A stretch of 64,000 bases of DNA. It comes from Squalus acanthias (Eukaryota). How positions within the stretch are numbered: position 1 is the first letter of the stretch; each line of letters opens with the position of its first letter. The stretch is from assembly GCA_030390025.1 (NCBI GenBank), contig CM059425.1, positions 162,318,001-162,382,000 of the forward strand, in the 5' to 3' direction. The translations under genes were made by a program, and so were the position numbers. Of the stretch, positions 1 through 12,100 are shown in pieces. A model generated the notes under the pieces. The model did not search any database, was not told where the DNA came from, and saw only the letters and a program-made list of their open reading frames with translations.

Positions 1-587
1 AATCGGAGAACGTTTCTCCAAGCCATATTCCAACATTTCCCAATGGCATGGTCAAGGTGGCCTGAACTTGGGAACGGGTCACTGATGTATCTCTAGCTCA
101 GTGACTCCAAAGAGAGAAGGGGAGGCAATAGAATATAACTTTCAAATCACTTTAAAAATAGGTTCAAATGTACGATTTATAATGCTTGTTTAGCACTTCC
201 TATAAATATACCGCACCAATAATACTTACGGGGAATTGAGAACAATTAAATCAAAATTAACAATTATTAATGATTTGACTATTTCCTGAAAGTAAATGCT
301 GGAAATTCACATTGCCCTAACAATTTTTTGTACTTGATGCAACTTGATGGAGTGTAGGAAATGTAGGGAACATGAAAAATACTAGATAACAAACTTTGAA
401 GAGGGTAGCATGGGTGAATTGAGATTTCAGAAGGCTGACATCATAGAAAGAAATTCCAAGACCCCTTTGTTTTTATGCAATGGAAAATCAATTAATTGCA
501 ACATAGAGTTTGAACAACCTGCATTAACCTATTAAATACAGAAATGTTCTTCAACATTTGCAGTGGTTTAATGCTGAACATTATAAA

Positions 588-696
588 AATGAGAAGTCGC
601 ACAACACCAGGTTATAGTCCAACAGATTTATTTAATTTTAGTTGTGCGACTTCTCATTTTTGTCCACCCCAGTCCAACGCCGGCATCTCCACATCA
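588..696. mobile_element. Short Penelope-like terminal-repeat (pLTR) insert with inverted arms
   Basis: 21-bp inverted repeat (585-605 vs 641-661). 12-bp direct repeat GAACATTATAAA at 576-587 and 697-708 (TSD). The interior resembles elasmobranch Penelope termini (from recall). Confidence 0.65.
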
Positions 697-870
697 GAAC
701 ATTATAAAGTGTAATCTCTTCAGTAATCTTCATAGGTTAAGGAATTTCTGTTGCCTTGTTTCACAAGCAGTTATTCTACACAAAGGTTTGACCCCAGTAT
801 CCGATACCAGACCTGCGTTATACTCCCAGCAACACCTCTCACTGAACTTAGGGGCAAAAGAGCTCTACAC

Positions 871-888
871 GTGTGTGTGTGTGTGTGT
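871..888. repeat. (GT)n microsatellite
   Basis: Direct reading of the sequence. Confidence 0.9.
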
Positions 889-2697
889 ATAGATAGACAC
901 TATACAGTTTTGTCATACGATACAGGAGGATACATTGGCATGTTCAGGTGTTCAATACAGTTATGCCGTTCACACTCTAGGAAAATGCACTGTAGTAAGC
1001 CCCTTCACCTATGTAGGCAGCTCCCTTGATGTCTTCCTGACCTAGCAAAACTGGCCTTTATTAAAACCTCCAGCTATTGTGGTAATGCTGTATCAACTTT
1101 GATTTTAAACAGTTCTTGAATCCAAGGTCCTCTCCTGCCCCCTGTTGGCTGTTTTGGACTTAGTATATTGTTTCAAGCTGATGATCTGAATTCCTTTGCT
1201 CGCCCATCCGTTCACAGTATTATGCATTTACCCTTTGGTCACAGAAGAGGCTCTACATTAAATCCTACAGGTGTTTTAGTTATCTGCAAAACTAGGCAAC
1301 TGACATATCGAGCCAATATCTAGCCTCATTTCAATTGGTCTCAGTGATGTGAGAGCCAATATCTTATCAAGTCCTGCTTTTCAATGGGAAATGGCAAAAT
1401 GTTGACATGTATTTTCCAGACCATTAAAAAGAATAGGCAATGGCTGTTTCTGTTGTCCTACGAGAGGAGATCTACTGGTTCGTATTCATCAAGTTCTGCT
1501 GGCAACTGTAGAGTGCATATAGTCTTATCTGTATCTTTTACATTCTGGGTTTTGACACGACATTGACAGGAACTGGATCAGTTTACTCCGCTTTTAATGC
1601 AGTTACACTATGGGTTTGTAGTGCACATCAGGCTGCATGAGACGAGCAGTAACAAAGTTTTGCTAAATTCTTCTCTCACCCCTATACATGATTTAGTATT
1701 TTAATAAAGTTTCACAAAATATTAGTAACTCAGGTGTGCTGCTAATTTTTCTAGTTTTATTGTGTAGCTTTCCATAATATTTTGATGACTTTTTGATCAC
1801 AGGTCTGTTAATCTAGTAGCCTTGAAGGGGAAGAAAATGATGTGGAAGTACTTGACCTTTGTTTCAAAAAATAAATCCTGCAAGGGCAAAGCCTTTACAT
1901 TTGTACAATATTTTCAGCCTCATGGAGACTTGCCATTTTTGGTCTCGCCTGTCTTCCCAAGACTCTCTAGTGACTTCAATTATGGATGTAGGACAGCCTG
2001 TGTGCTTTAACGTGGCACTGTTGATTTTGATCAGAGTTCATGCTAGCCAGTGGAGTCCAAACATGGCTCTTCCATTTTTTTATTGTCTATGGAGCATCCC
2101 CAGATTAAGTGTGGCATTTGTTAGACACTCAGAATTTAAGTACTAAAGAAAGATATTCTGTGAAACACTGAGGGGGTTGAATACTGGGAAGGATTTGACA
2201 GACTGTAAGTAGGCAAATGTAGTTTCCATGTTCAAGAAGGATGACCAGTCCCATTAGTCAACCTCAATAATTGAAAAACTGAAGGAATGAATAATCAGCA
2301 ATAGTGTCTGTGTATGAAAATAACCAAATAAATGATGGACAGCATTTCTTCAGAACAGATGGATCTCCCCTATACCTAAACTTTGAGGTGCCATCCAGAG
2401 TTGATGGGGAAAGCCATGTGACACTTGCTAAATTACCTCCCAAGAGACTGCTTTACAAATTGTGTCATGGGTTCCTCGTTCTTGTATGCATAAAATAGCA
2501 GGATTTGCAGGCCCAGTATAAGGGTAAATCTATAGATGATCAAGTAGATGACACTGAGAAAGAGGGCAAGATTTTGAAAAGGAGGTTCGACTAAGTTTGC
2601 CACTAGTCTGGTCAATGGCAAATGAAGTTTAATTATGGATATAAATATACTGCATATTGGGGTGGGGGGGGGTAAAAATAGGAGACACATGTATTCC

Positions 2698-2734
2698 AGT
2701 TCTGATGAAGGGTCATCGACCTGAAACGTTAACT
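2698..2734 (+). ncRNA. Minimal type I hammerhead ribozyme motif
   Basis: AGTT-CTGATGA-(A)-GGGTC atc GACCT-GAAAC-GTT-AACT: conserved core boxes, stem II, palindromic stem III (AACGTT) and stem I AGTT/AACT. Confidence 0.7.
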
Positions 2735-2798
2735 CTGTTTCTCTTTCCACAGATGCTGCCTGACCTGCTGAGTATTTCCAGCATTTTCTGTTTTTATT
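2699..2798 (+). mobile_element. 100-bp Penelope-derived insert containing a hammerhead motif
   Basis: 12-bp TSD ACATGTATTCCA at 2687-2698 and 2799-2810. Same sequence as the end of the Penelope copy at 44101-44130 plus a tail. Confidence 0.8.
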
Positions 2799-4759
2799 AC
2801 ATGTATTCCATCGTTGGATTGAGCTTGTATGGGCAAGTTGATTCATTGCAAGCTGTGACCAAACGGTGCGAGCTGACAAATCTTTGGAAGTTGAGATGAA
2901 GTTGTGCAATGCTCTGATCAGGCTGCACCTGACTTGACTTATTGGGTACACTTCTTGTCATCAGCACATTTGGAGGCTGTTCAGACCATAGTGGCAATAC
3001 AGAGAGGAGCAACAAGGCTAATCCCCAGGGTCTGAGGGATGAGTTATGAGAAATTATTTGAGAAGCTGGAACACTTCAGTCTTGCATAGAGACATCTCAA
3101 ATGGATCATTTTGGAAATGTATAAAATACATACAGAATAGAGAAATTAACCCTGGAATATGCCAGAGCAGCAAGACAAAAAAGCACATTCAATGTTGTGA
3201 ATGCCAAGTTTAGATTGAGTACAGGCACCCAGAAGGGTTTACTTTGGGGTTCCAGGAACAGTGGTTGAGGTCAGGACTTTGGCCTCATTTAAGAAATTAG
3301 ATTACGAACTAGAAAGTAACCTTAGATCCTGCTAGATATAAATTGAGCTTTCAGAAATGTGTTTTAAACTACTTTTATAGAAATAGGGATACCATATGTA
3401 ATTTTTGTGATAACCATCAATACTACTGATGATGCTCTCTTCATTGCTGACCACCTCATTTATCCAATAAATTGACACTGAATCAGGACAAGTCACTTCT
3501 GATGAATGCAAAAAAGCAGAGATATTGTGCATACAAAACAAATAATTAGATATATAGAATCAAATAGTCTTCATACTTGCACATATATATGCCCTTATCA
3601 CTGATAGACATATTAGCCCAATCATAACTTTGTATTACGGCAGTGATTGTATTTGACGTTGTTCTGCTTTAACATTCACATGACCAATGTGGCACATTCC
3701 ACAGAGGACTAAAGGCAGCTTATAGTGTTATTGAATTAGGAAATAAAATTTTATAGTTATCTTGGACTGTATGAAGCGTGTATCGGCATTGGGTTTCAGA
3801 TGCCTAAACTTAGTTTTGTTTATGGACATCTCTTGAGCTCTTCTGAACTCTTAAGTTCCAACTTTGTAACTCACTTTCATCTCAGCTCATTCTGTACTTG
3901 AATTTACAGGCCAATCATACTGTATGTTTTGCATCACTGCAAAGCAGTTTTGACTTTGCAGTCACGCAAACTATGCACTATAACTGAAACCAAAGTGGCG
4001 TCAGTGCGGGTTGAGGACCACCATAAGAAGGCAGTCTCACTTGGCTTTTGGCCTGCTAATAATTGCAATGTAGCTGCAACTGGTGTGAAATGAATTTTTA
4101 AACTTAAGTCTGACGGGACTGTTTTCAAAATTAGCAAACACTATAGGATTGTCACCACTTTGCTTATGTTAAAAATGTAGCTGACATTTTGATACCTGCT
4201 TGATGCTCATGGTTTAAGTACACCTCTGCTTTCTCCCAATTTAAGAGTGGCACAGAACTGGCATTATAACTAGGTGCGGCTGGCTCACCCTGCTCATAGC
4301 AGGTACAGCTTTCAAACCAGACCTACATTGTTAATATAGTTTCACTTTTACTAATGAGGACTAATTTGTTCAACATTTTTATTGTGTATTTATTTTGAAC
4401 TTGTAGCATCATAACTAGATTTAAATATTAATGCAAAATTGTAATCCATTGTTAAGCTTTCTGAGATGTGGATTTAGCTTGCTCATGACTGCAGGAAATG
4501 AGAAAACTGAGCCAGCAACAATTTGAGGCTTTCTGCCTGTACATTCATTACCTTTCATTTATAATTTTGTAGGACATTTTCAGGATAGTAGCAGTAAAAT
4601 TGATATAGCTGAAATGAAGATCATTCCAAAAACTGAATGCAATAAAATAGCAAAAGTCCATTCTAAATTGAGAAAAAAACATATCTTTAAATGTAAGTGG
4701 AATAAAGAATAGAAGTATAATGTAGAATGTTTTGTATTCCAAATATTGAATGTCACTTT

Positions 4760-5123
4760 TCATAACAGAAAATGCTGAAAATACTCAGCAGGTCAGGCAG
4801 CATCTGTGGAGAGAGAAACAGAGTTAACGTTTCAGGTCAATGACCAGTTCTGACAAAAGGTCATCGACCTGAAACATTAACTCTTTGTTTCTCTCCACGG
4901 GTTCTGCCTGATCTGCTGAGTATTTCCAGTATTTTCTCTCTTTATTTTAGCTACATTCTCTGTCAGTGCAGCTTCATAATGTCTTCTTGGTACCAGAGGG
5001 CTTCCAGCAGCTGTAGCACCATACCCCAGTACCCATTAGCAGTTACAGGTTGATGACCTATCGTCAGAAGATTTTCTGTTTTTTATTTCAGATTTCCAGC
5101 ATCCGTGGTATTTTGCTTTTGTA
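4760..5123. mobile_element. Composite Penelope-pLTR insert (palindrome, unrelated ~90 bp, further pLTR piece)
   Basis: 13-bp TSD TGAATGTCACTTT at 4747-4759 and 5124-5136. Inverted arms ~4767-4845 and ~4859-4937. Partial hammerhead cores on both strands. Confidence 0.75.
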
Positions 5124-5350
5124 TGAATGTCACTTTATTATGGGTGATTCACCTAAGTATTTACTGTAGACTGATTCGGTTTTAAAGCTGCCGACTTCCC
5201 TAGGCAGTCAGAGTATAATAAGTTAATTGTGTCAGCATTAGTTACTGCCTAAAGTGGTTATAGATGAGCCCCAAGGTGAAAAGAAAACAGCTGTTTCAGT
5301 CACTCATGTGTAAATGCCATTAGTATTAATATATGTCGTTGTTCCTACAG

Positions 5351-5832
5351 GAGCTGTTTTATTACAGCAACAAGACTGTCTAGGAAAAACACCCCTAGAT
5401 TATATTGATTGTCCAAAGGTAAAGGAAGATCTTTGTGCCATCACTGAAGTCAGAATGGAGGAGATTGCTGAAAGGCAATTTGGAAATTTGAACAAAGACA
5501 TCAATCCTACTGAAATTGAGCCCGGTGCTTATCTCTGGTCTATACTTCTGAAAAACTATGTTGAAAATCATAACTTGCCCTTAATCTGTCGTGTTGTGAA
5601 TGATGAATCTTTGAATACAGTTCAATTTGTGGGTAAGAATAGGTTTGAGAACCTGGTAAATTCCTTTCCTGACCAGCTGATGGTGCAGTATGCTGAAGAT
5701 CTTAAAGCTTACAAGGAACTTCCAAAGTATATCCAGCAAGTGCTTGGCAATCTGAGGAGTGGATCACTGGTACTTGGAGTGCACACACAGTTGCTACTGC
5801 TGCACTTGGATTCAACATTTATTCATTCTTAA
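5351..5832 (+). CDS. SLF1: SMC5-SMC6 complex localization factor 1 (ANKRD32), terminal coding exon
   Basis: Acceptor gttcctacag ends at 5350 (phase 1). Peptide GAVLLQQQDCLGKTPLDYIDCPKVKEDLCAIT...GVHTQLLL matches the recalled human SLF1 end-of-ankyrin/C-terminus (GPVLLQQRNAKGELPLDYV.SPQIKEELFAIT...GVHTEAL). TAA at 5830-5832. Convergent with MCTP1, as in human. Confidence 0.9.
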
Positions 5833-6362
5833 TCACTCCAAATGGCAAAGATACATTGCTCATTTTGGTCTGAAGTGAAAATGTATTCACATTATTAAAA
5901 ATCAACAAATGCTGCTGAGAACTACCATGAGTACAAACTGAAATTCTGAAAGGATAAGTGTTTAACTACAGGAAAAACCTGAAGCTGCTTGTATTTGCAA
6001 TTGGTGCATTTTCTACAATTTGCAAAAGTAAGAATTGCTTTCAGGAAAGACCTGGGATTGGATTACTGCTAATGGTACATGGGATGAGAGAGCTGAATGA
6101 TTGATTGGCTATTTTCTTCTGTGTGGAAAGTATTATGTATGATAGTTCTTTGTATCTATATTTTTTTTAATTTGGTTTTTGCAGAGAAATTTCATACCAT
6201 TGACCTTGCATTCTTAACTGGACTTTTTTTGTATTAGACTACATGAACACTTTCCTTTAAATTTGTCATGTTGGGAAGTTTAACATTTTGTGTATGCAAT
6301 GAAGTCTAATAATGTATTATTTTCCTCTATCTTTTGCAGTTGTAAATCCCTGTACATTTTTG

Positions 6363-6368
6363 ATTAAA
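6363..6368 (+). terminator. Candidate SLF1 polyadenylation signal (ATTAAA); alternative AATAAA at 7125-7130
   Basis: AT-rich 3'UTR-like sequence with several upstream TGTA motifs and a T-rich downstream tract. Confidence 0.4.
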
Positions 6369-7403
6369 TTGCTCTGCATTTAGATATTAATGGTTTTTTG
6401 CACATATAAGGATATAATGACTTTAAAAATAAGGAAACAAAAGACATACAGGTTTTGAGACTAGTAAAGTTTAGATTTTTGTTTTTAAGAGGAGGGTGAT
6501 TTCTTCTTCCCTTTGGGGCTTCAGGCTCATCACATGCCAACTAGGGCTGGCAACCTACTCCCAGTGCACTGATGTTACTTTGAACTGCTGGAAAGTATGC
6601 AAGAGCAGCTTTGGAACAACTGGAAATTAAACCTGCATCCTCTTACTGCTATGGTACCATATGTTGATGCTCCAGGGAGGTCTGCCAACATACTAACCCT
6701 ATTTTGTTCTGTTCTGCAGTACATGATACTTCACAACCTAGGAGCATTCTGTCTAGGTATGTAGCAGTGCTAAATGTCTGAAACCAAGCAGGAAATCTAT
6801 GAAAAGATGCAAAATTATACTTTGGTTTGATAATGGATTTACTGAGGCTCTTGCAGGGCTAGCTTCATGGTTTTCTGTGGCTGTAGGGGCCAAAAAAGGA
6901 AGCCATGAACTATTAGAACACATTTTCTGGCAATTGCTAATTGAAGAACTACAAAGAAAATTGAATCTCTTGAATGTATAACTGTGTAAGGAAAAGATCT
7001 ACATGGTTTCTAATATAGGTTTTAGTCTGAGATGATCTATTTTTAATAGATTAACTGTTTCATGGAGGTTTCAAAAGTAGTGTTAATGTATCAAATAACC
7101 ACTAATCTTAGGTGTTTGGTTTCAAATAAAACGTTTATAAAAATGCATATTTATAAAAACATACTCCTTGTGGAAAAACCTTGTAGGCCATATCTGATCT
7201 GGGGAAATGGGAAAACTAGTATGTAATTTTTCTTGGACCACAGCTGTGCTGAGACATTCAAATAACAAAGCCCTTCCCCACCTCCACCCCCAAAAGACAA
7301 AATTGATGAATTTGAGCACTGAGTACAATCATCTGTTTGTCAATGGTATTAAAGTGGCCATGTTTCTGTTTCTGCCCCATGTCAGTAATAACTTAAACAT
7401 AGT

Positions 7404-8141
7404 GGCCCGGATTTTGCGATCAGCGGCGAAAGAACAGCACTCAGCGTTCATCACACTTACAGGTGCCCACAGACCTTTTACGGGCTTTTGAGCGACAACT
7501 TATGGTAAGTAGAGATCCTTTCCAGCGTGGCAGCCTCGACAGGGGATCTGTAACTTGTGAAAGCAGGACAAACAACAGCGTGGCTCTTCAGATTGAAGAA
7601 TCCTCACTGAGACATGCAGAGTCTAAACCAGGAAGTAAAAATTAGAATAATTAATTGTAAAATCAATGACAGAAAGCAAAATAGTGAGCGAAAGAAAGAT
7701 AGGATATAGAGATAAAAGGGACAAAAAGCATTTTTTTTAATTAATTATTTAAATCTCCAACAATAATTAAATTCTGAAGGAATGAGACTCCACACTTGTA
7801 AAATCAAATTTTCAGTGCCAAAGAACTTGTTTGACAGTAATTAAGACTTAGCACACCATTTAAAAATTCACTTACACCTGAATGTAGCAGCACTAACCTT
7901 TTCTGGTGTGTTTAGTGGGAAAGTACCACAACTTTACACTCTTACATGGATTTCAGTGCAGAGCCTCTCGGCGAGGTACCCGTGTAGCACAGCTTGTGGA
8001 GGAGCAGGGCAAATTGGACAGCAACTTCCAGATTTCATCATTTAACCGCGCATGTGCAGACTCCAGAAGTTGCTGTCCGATTTACTCCCCAACAGTGAAC
8101 ACTGATAACCTCACCATTATTCTTAATGCAAAATCCAGACC
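7404..8141. mobile_element. Non-autonomous PIF/Harbinger-type TIR element (family A)
   Basis: TIRs GGCCCGGATTTTGC / GCAAAATCCAGACC. Similar along its length to 51381-52138. Confidence 0.75.
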
Positions 8142-8227
8142 AAAGTGACTTCCATGCAGAAGCTTGATTTTTTTTTGGCTTTCTATATTTTCAATGCCAT
8201 CAACTGCAGTGTGAATCTAAAGCAGGA

Positions 8228-8675
8228 AAGATGTGCACTTCTATAGTGCCTTTCATATCCTCATGATGTCCAAAAGTGCTTTACAGACAATTAATTACTT
8301 TTGAAGTGTAGTCATTTGTTTTGTAGGCAAATGCATCAGCCATTTCGTGCACAGCAAGATTCCACAAACAGCAGTCAGATAAATGACCATTTGGTCTATT
8401 TTGGTGGTATTGGTTTTGGGATTAATGTTGGCCACGACACCAGGAGGACACTCTGCTCTTCGAAATCTGCCATGGGGTGTTTTATGTCCACCTGAGCAGA
8501 GAGATGGGGACTTAATTTAACATCTGATCCAAAAGGCAGCATCTCTGACAATGCAGCACTCTCCTTCAGTACTGCACTGAACTGTCAGATTAGATGCTCA
8601 AATACCTGGATTGAGGCTTGAACCTACAACCTTCTGACTTGGGTGAGAGTGCTACCATTGAGCCAAGCTGGCACT
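8228..8675 (-). mobile_element. tRNA-headed SINE with L2-like tail (DeuSINE/SacSINE1-like)
   Basis: Minus-strand head with A box TGGCTCAATGG and B box GGTTCAAGCC. Its 3' part recurs at 18690-18757, 23690-23750, 46660-46820 and 54220-54280. Confidence 0.7.
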
Positions 8676-9118
8676 TTGGAGTTGCTGGTATGAGTCTTTT
8701 CAAGCAATTCTGAAAAGGAAATGGACAGTTGGTGAGATCATAAGCCTTTTTCAGTTAAAGATGAACTGCCTTGCCAATCTGTAAGCTGCGCATAGGAAAT
8801 CAGGACTGAAATGAAAATCAGATGGTTTAAGTTTCTTGAAACTCATTTGCTGCTCTTTGATTCAGAAATATTTTGCAACTAAGCAATTAATGGGACACAA
8901 ACATAGAAACCTAAAGACCAAAGAAAATTCCGATAACTTCAACCAGTTACACTGACCATAGTGAAAATACCAGTTACACTGATATTGGCATTTTACCTCT
9001 GGTCTCTACCATATTTTTAGATATTAATTCTTTTTTTTCAGGTGAACAGAACTAGTTCCAAGGTTAACAGAGCTTGGTTTGTGACACTGCTACTTTCAGG
9101 ATTAGTGCTTGTGTTTTT

Positions 9119-12100
9119 GAAATTCCTCCTCATCTCAGTCTTAAATGGCCTACCCCTTATCCTGAGACTATGCCCCCTAGTTCTAGACACTCCAGCCAGG
9201 GGAAACAACCTTTCAGCATCTACCCTGTCAATCCCCTTCAGAATCTTGTATGTTTCAATGAGATCACCTTTCATTCTTCTAAACTCCAAAGAGTATAGGC
9301 CCATTCTACACAATCTCTCATCATAGGAATCAATCTAGTGAACCTTCGTTGCACCGCCTCCAAGGCAAGTATATCCTTCCTTAGGTAAGGAGACCAAAAC
9401 TGTGCACAGTACTCCAGGTGTGGTCTCACCAAGGCCTTGTACAATTGTAGCAAGACTTCCTTACTCTTATACTCCAACCCCTTTGCAATAAAGGCCAACA
9501 TGCCATTTGCCTTCCTTATTGCTTGCTGTACCTGCATGCTATCTTTCTGTGTTTCTTGCACGAGGACACCCAAATCTCTCTGAACACCAACATTTGAAAG
9601 TTTCTCACCATTTAAAAAATATTCTGTTTTTCTATTCTTCCTACCAAAGTGAATAACCTCATATTTCCCTACATTATACTCCATCTGCCACCTTACTGCC
9701 CACTCACTTAGTCTATCTATATCCCTTTGCAGACTCTTTGTGTTCTCCTCACAGCTTACTGTCCCACCAAGCTTTGTATCATCAGCAAACTTGGATACAT
9801 TACACTTGGTCTCTTCATCTAGGTCATTAATATAGATTGTAAATAACTGAGGCCCCAACACTGATCCTTGCAGCACCCCACTAGTTACAGCCTGCCAACC
9901 TGAAAAATATCCGTTTATCCCTACTTTCTGTTTTCTGTCCGTTAACCAATCTTCTATCCATCCTACTATATTACCCCCAACCCTGTGAGCCCTAATCTTG
10001 TGTAATAACCTTTTATGTGGCACCTTATCGAATGCCTTTTGGAAATCCAAATATACTACACCCACTGGTTCCCCTTTATCTACCCTTCTAGTTACATCCT
10101 CAAAAAACTCTAATAAATTTGTCAAACACGATTTCCCTTTCATAAAACCATGTTGATTCTGCCTAATCATGTTATGATTTTCTAAGTGCCCTGATACCAC
10201 TTCCTTAACAATGGATTCCAGCATTTTCCCGACGACTGATGTCAGGCTAACTGGCCTGTAGTTCCCTGTTTTTTCTCTCCCTCCTTTCTTGAATAGCAGT
10301 GTTACATTTGCGACCTTCCAATCCGGTGGGACTATTCTAGAATCTAAGGAATTTTGGAAGATCAAAACCAATGCATCCACTATCTCTTCAGCCACCTCTT
10401 TTAGAACCCTAGGATGTAGGCCATCAGGTCCAGGGGATTTGTTGGCTTTTAGTCCCATTAGTTTCTCTAGTACTTTTTCTATACTTACATTAATTACGTT
10501 AAGTTCCTCACCCTCATTAGACCCTTGGTTCCCCACCATTTTTGGACTGCTTTTTATGTCTTCTACTGTGAAGACAGATACAAAATATTTGTTTAACGTT
10601 TCAGCCATTTCCTTATTCCCCATAATAATTTCTCCTGTGTTAGCCTCTAAGGGACCAATGTTTACTTTTGCTACTCTCTTCCTTTTTACATACTTGTAGA
10701 AACTCTTACAGTCTGCTAGTTTTCTCATTCTATTTTTTCCCTTTTTATCAATTTTTTGGTCAACCTTTGCTGATTTCTGAAACTCTCCCAATCCTCAGGC
10801 TTACTATTATTCTTTGCAACATTATAAGCTTCTTATTTCAATCTAATGCTATCCTTAACTTCTTTAGTTAGCCACAGTTGGATCACTTTTCCCATGGAGT
10901 TTTTGTTTCTCAATGGAATGTATTTTTGTTGAGAATTATGAAATATTTCTTTAAATGCTTGCCACTGCTTATCTACCGCCATACCTTTTAATCTATTTTT
11001 CCAATCTACCTTGGCCAACTCGCCCCCTCATACCTCTGAAATTGCCTTTATTTAAGTTTAAGACTCGAGTTTCGGACTTAGAATTTCACATTAATTTTGA
11101 GAGTGACTTGCCTATCATATTATGATCACTCTGCCCCAGAGGATCCTTTACTATGAGATTGCTAATTAACCCTGTCTCATTACACAGTACAAGATCTAAA
11201 ATAGTATGTTCCCTGGTTGGTTCCATGATATATTGTTCTAGGAAACTGTCTCGATTGCATTCCATGAACTCGTCCTCCAGACTACCTTTGCCGATTTGAT
11301 TTGTCCAGTATATGAAGATTAAAGTCCCCCAAGATTATTGCATTACCTTTGTTGCATTCTCCTACTGTTTCTTGATTAATATTCTGTCCAACGGTACAGC
11401 TACTGTTAGGGGGCCTGTATACTGCTCCTACCAGTGTTTTCTGCCCCTTGTTATTCCTTATCTCCACCCATACTAATTCTACTTCCTGATCTTCTGAGCA
11501 GAGATCCTTTCTCGCTACTGTCCTTATGTCATCCTTTATTATCAGAGCTACTCCCCCTCCTTTTCCATTCTGCCTGTCTTTTCGAAACGTCAAGTACCCT
11601 GGAACATTTAGTTCCCAACCTTGGCCACCTTGCAACCATGTCTCTGTAATGGCTATTAGATCAAACCCATTTATCTCTATTTGCGCCACTAGTTCGTCTA
11701 TCTTGTTACGAATGCTTCGTGCATTCAGATAAAGTGCCTTTAATTTAAATGTTTTACCATTATTCCCTGCTTTGACCTTATTCTCTGCTGCACTGCTACC
11801 GTTAAACTCTCTGTCCCTTCCTGTCACACTCTGCTTATTTTTACCCAAATCGATAGGCTGCTCTATTGCCCTGACCTTTCTCTTGAGATTTCTAAATTGC
11901 CCCTCCCCCACCCCCCTTTTTTTTAGTTTAAAGCCCTATCTACAGCCCTAGTTATTCGATTTTCCAGGACGCTCGTCCCAGCCTGGTTTAAGTGGAGCCT
12001 GTCCCGACGGAACAGCTCCCTTTCCCCAGTACTGGTGCCAGTGCCCCAGGAATTGAAACCCCTTTTTCCCCACACCACTCTTTGAGCCACGCATTTAACT

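Larger units (their letters stand above)
2085..3320 (+). mobile_element. Old, heavily decayed CR1 LINE (RT region to 3' end)
   Basis: Degenerate matches to the CR1 ORF2 motifs seen in younger copies in this window (ANV..FKK, QH.F, KFA, WQMKFN..K); no intact ORF. Confidence 0.55.

Noticed and set aside
1..4740. Upstream SLF1 ankyrin exon
   Set aside because: No GWTPLHEA or TPLHDA coding sequence found by eye; probably upstream of the window.
4951..5048. SLF1 coding exon
   Set aside because: Lies inside a TSD-flanked insert, has a weak donor, would shift the frame and shows no ankyrin similarity.
5314..5350. ATG start of the 172-aa ORF
   Set aside because: The first 12 codons are intronic; SLF1 similarity begins right after the AG at 5350.
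8605..8675. tRNA gene
   Set aside because: A/B boxes only, no full cloverleaf; contiguous with a SINE body.
9271..10791. 506-aa RT ORF as an active retroelement or a prokaryotic RT system (retron, DGR, defence)
   Set aside because: It is a typical CR1 ORF2 fragment, separated from the endonuclease by frameshifts, in vertebrate DNA.
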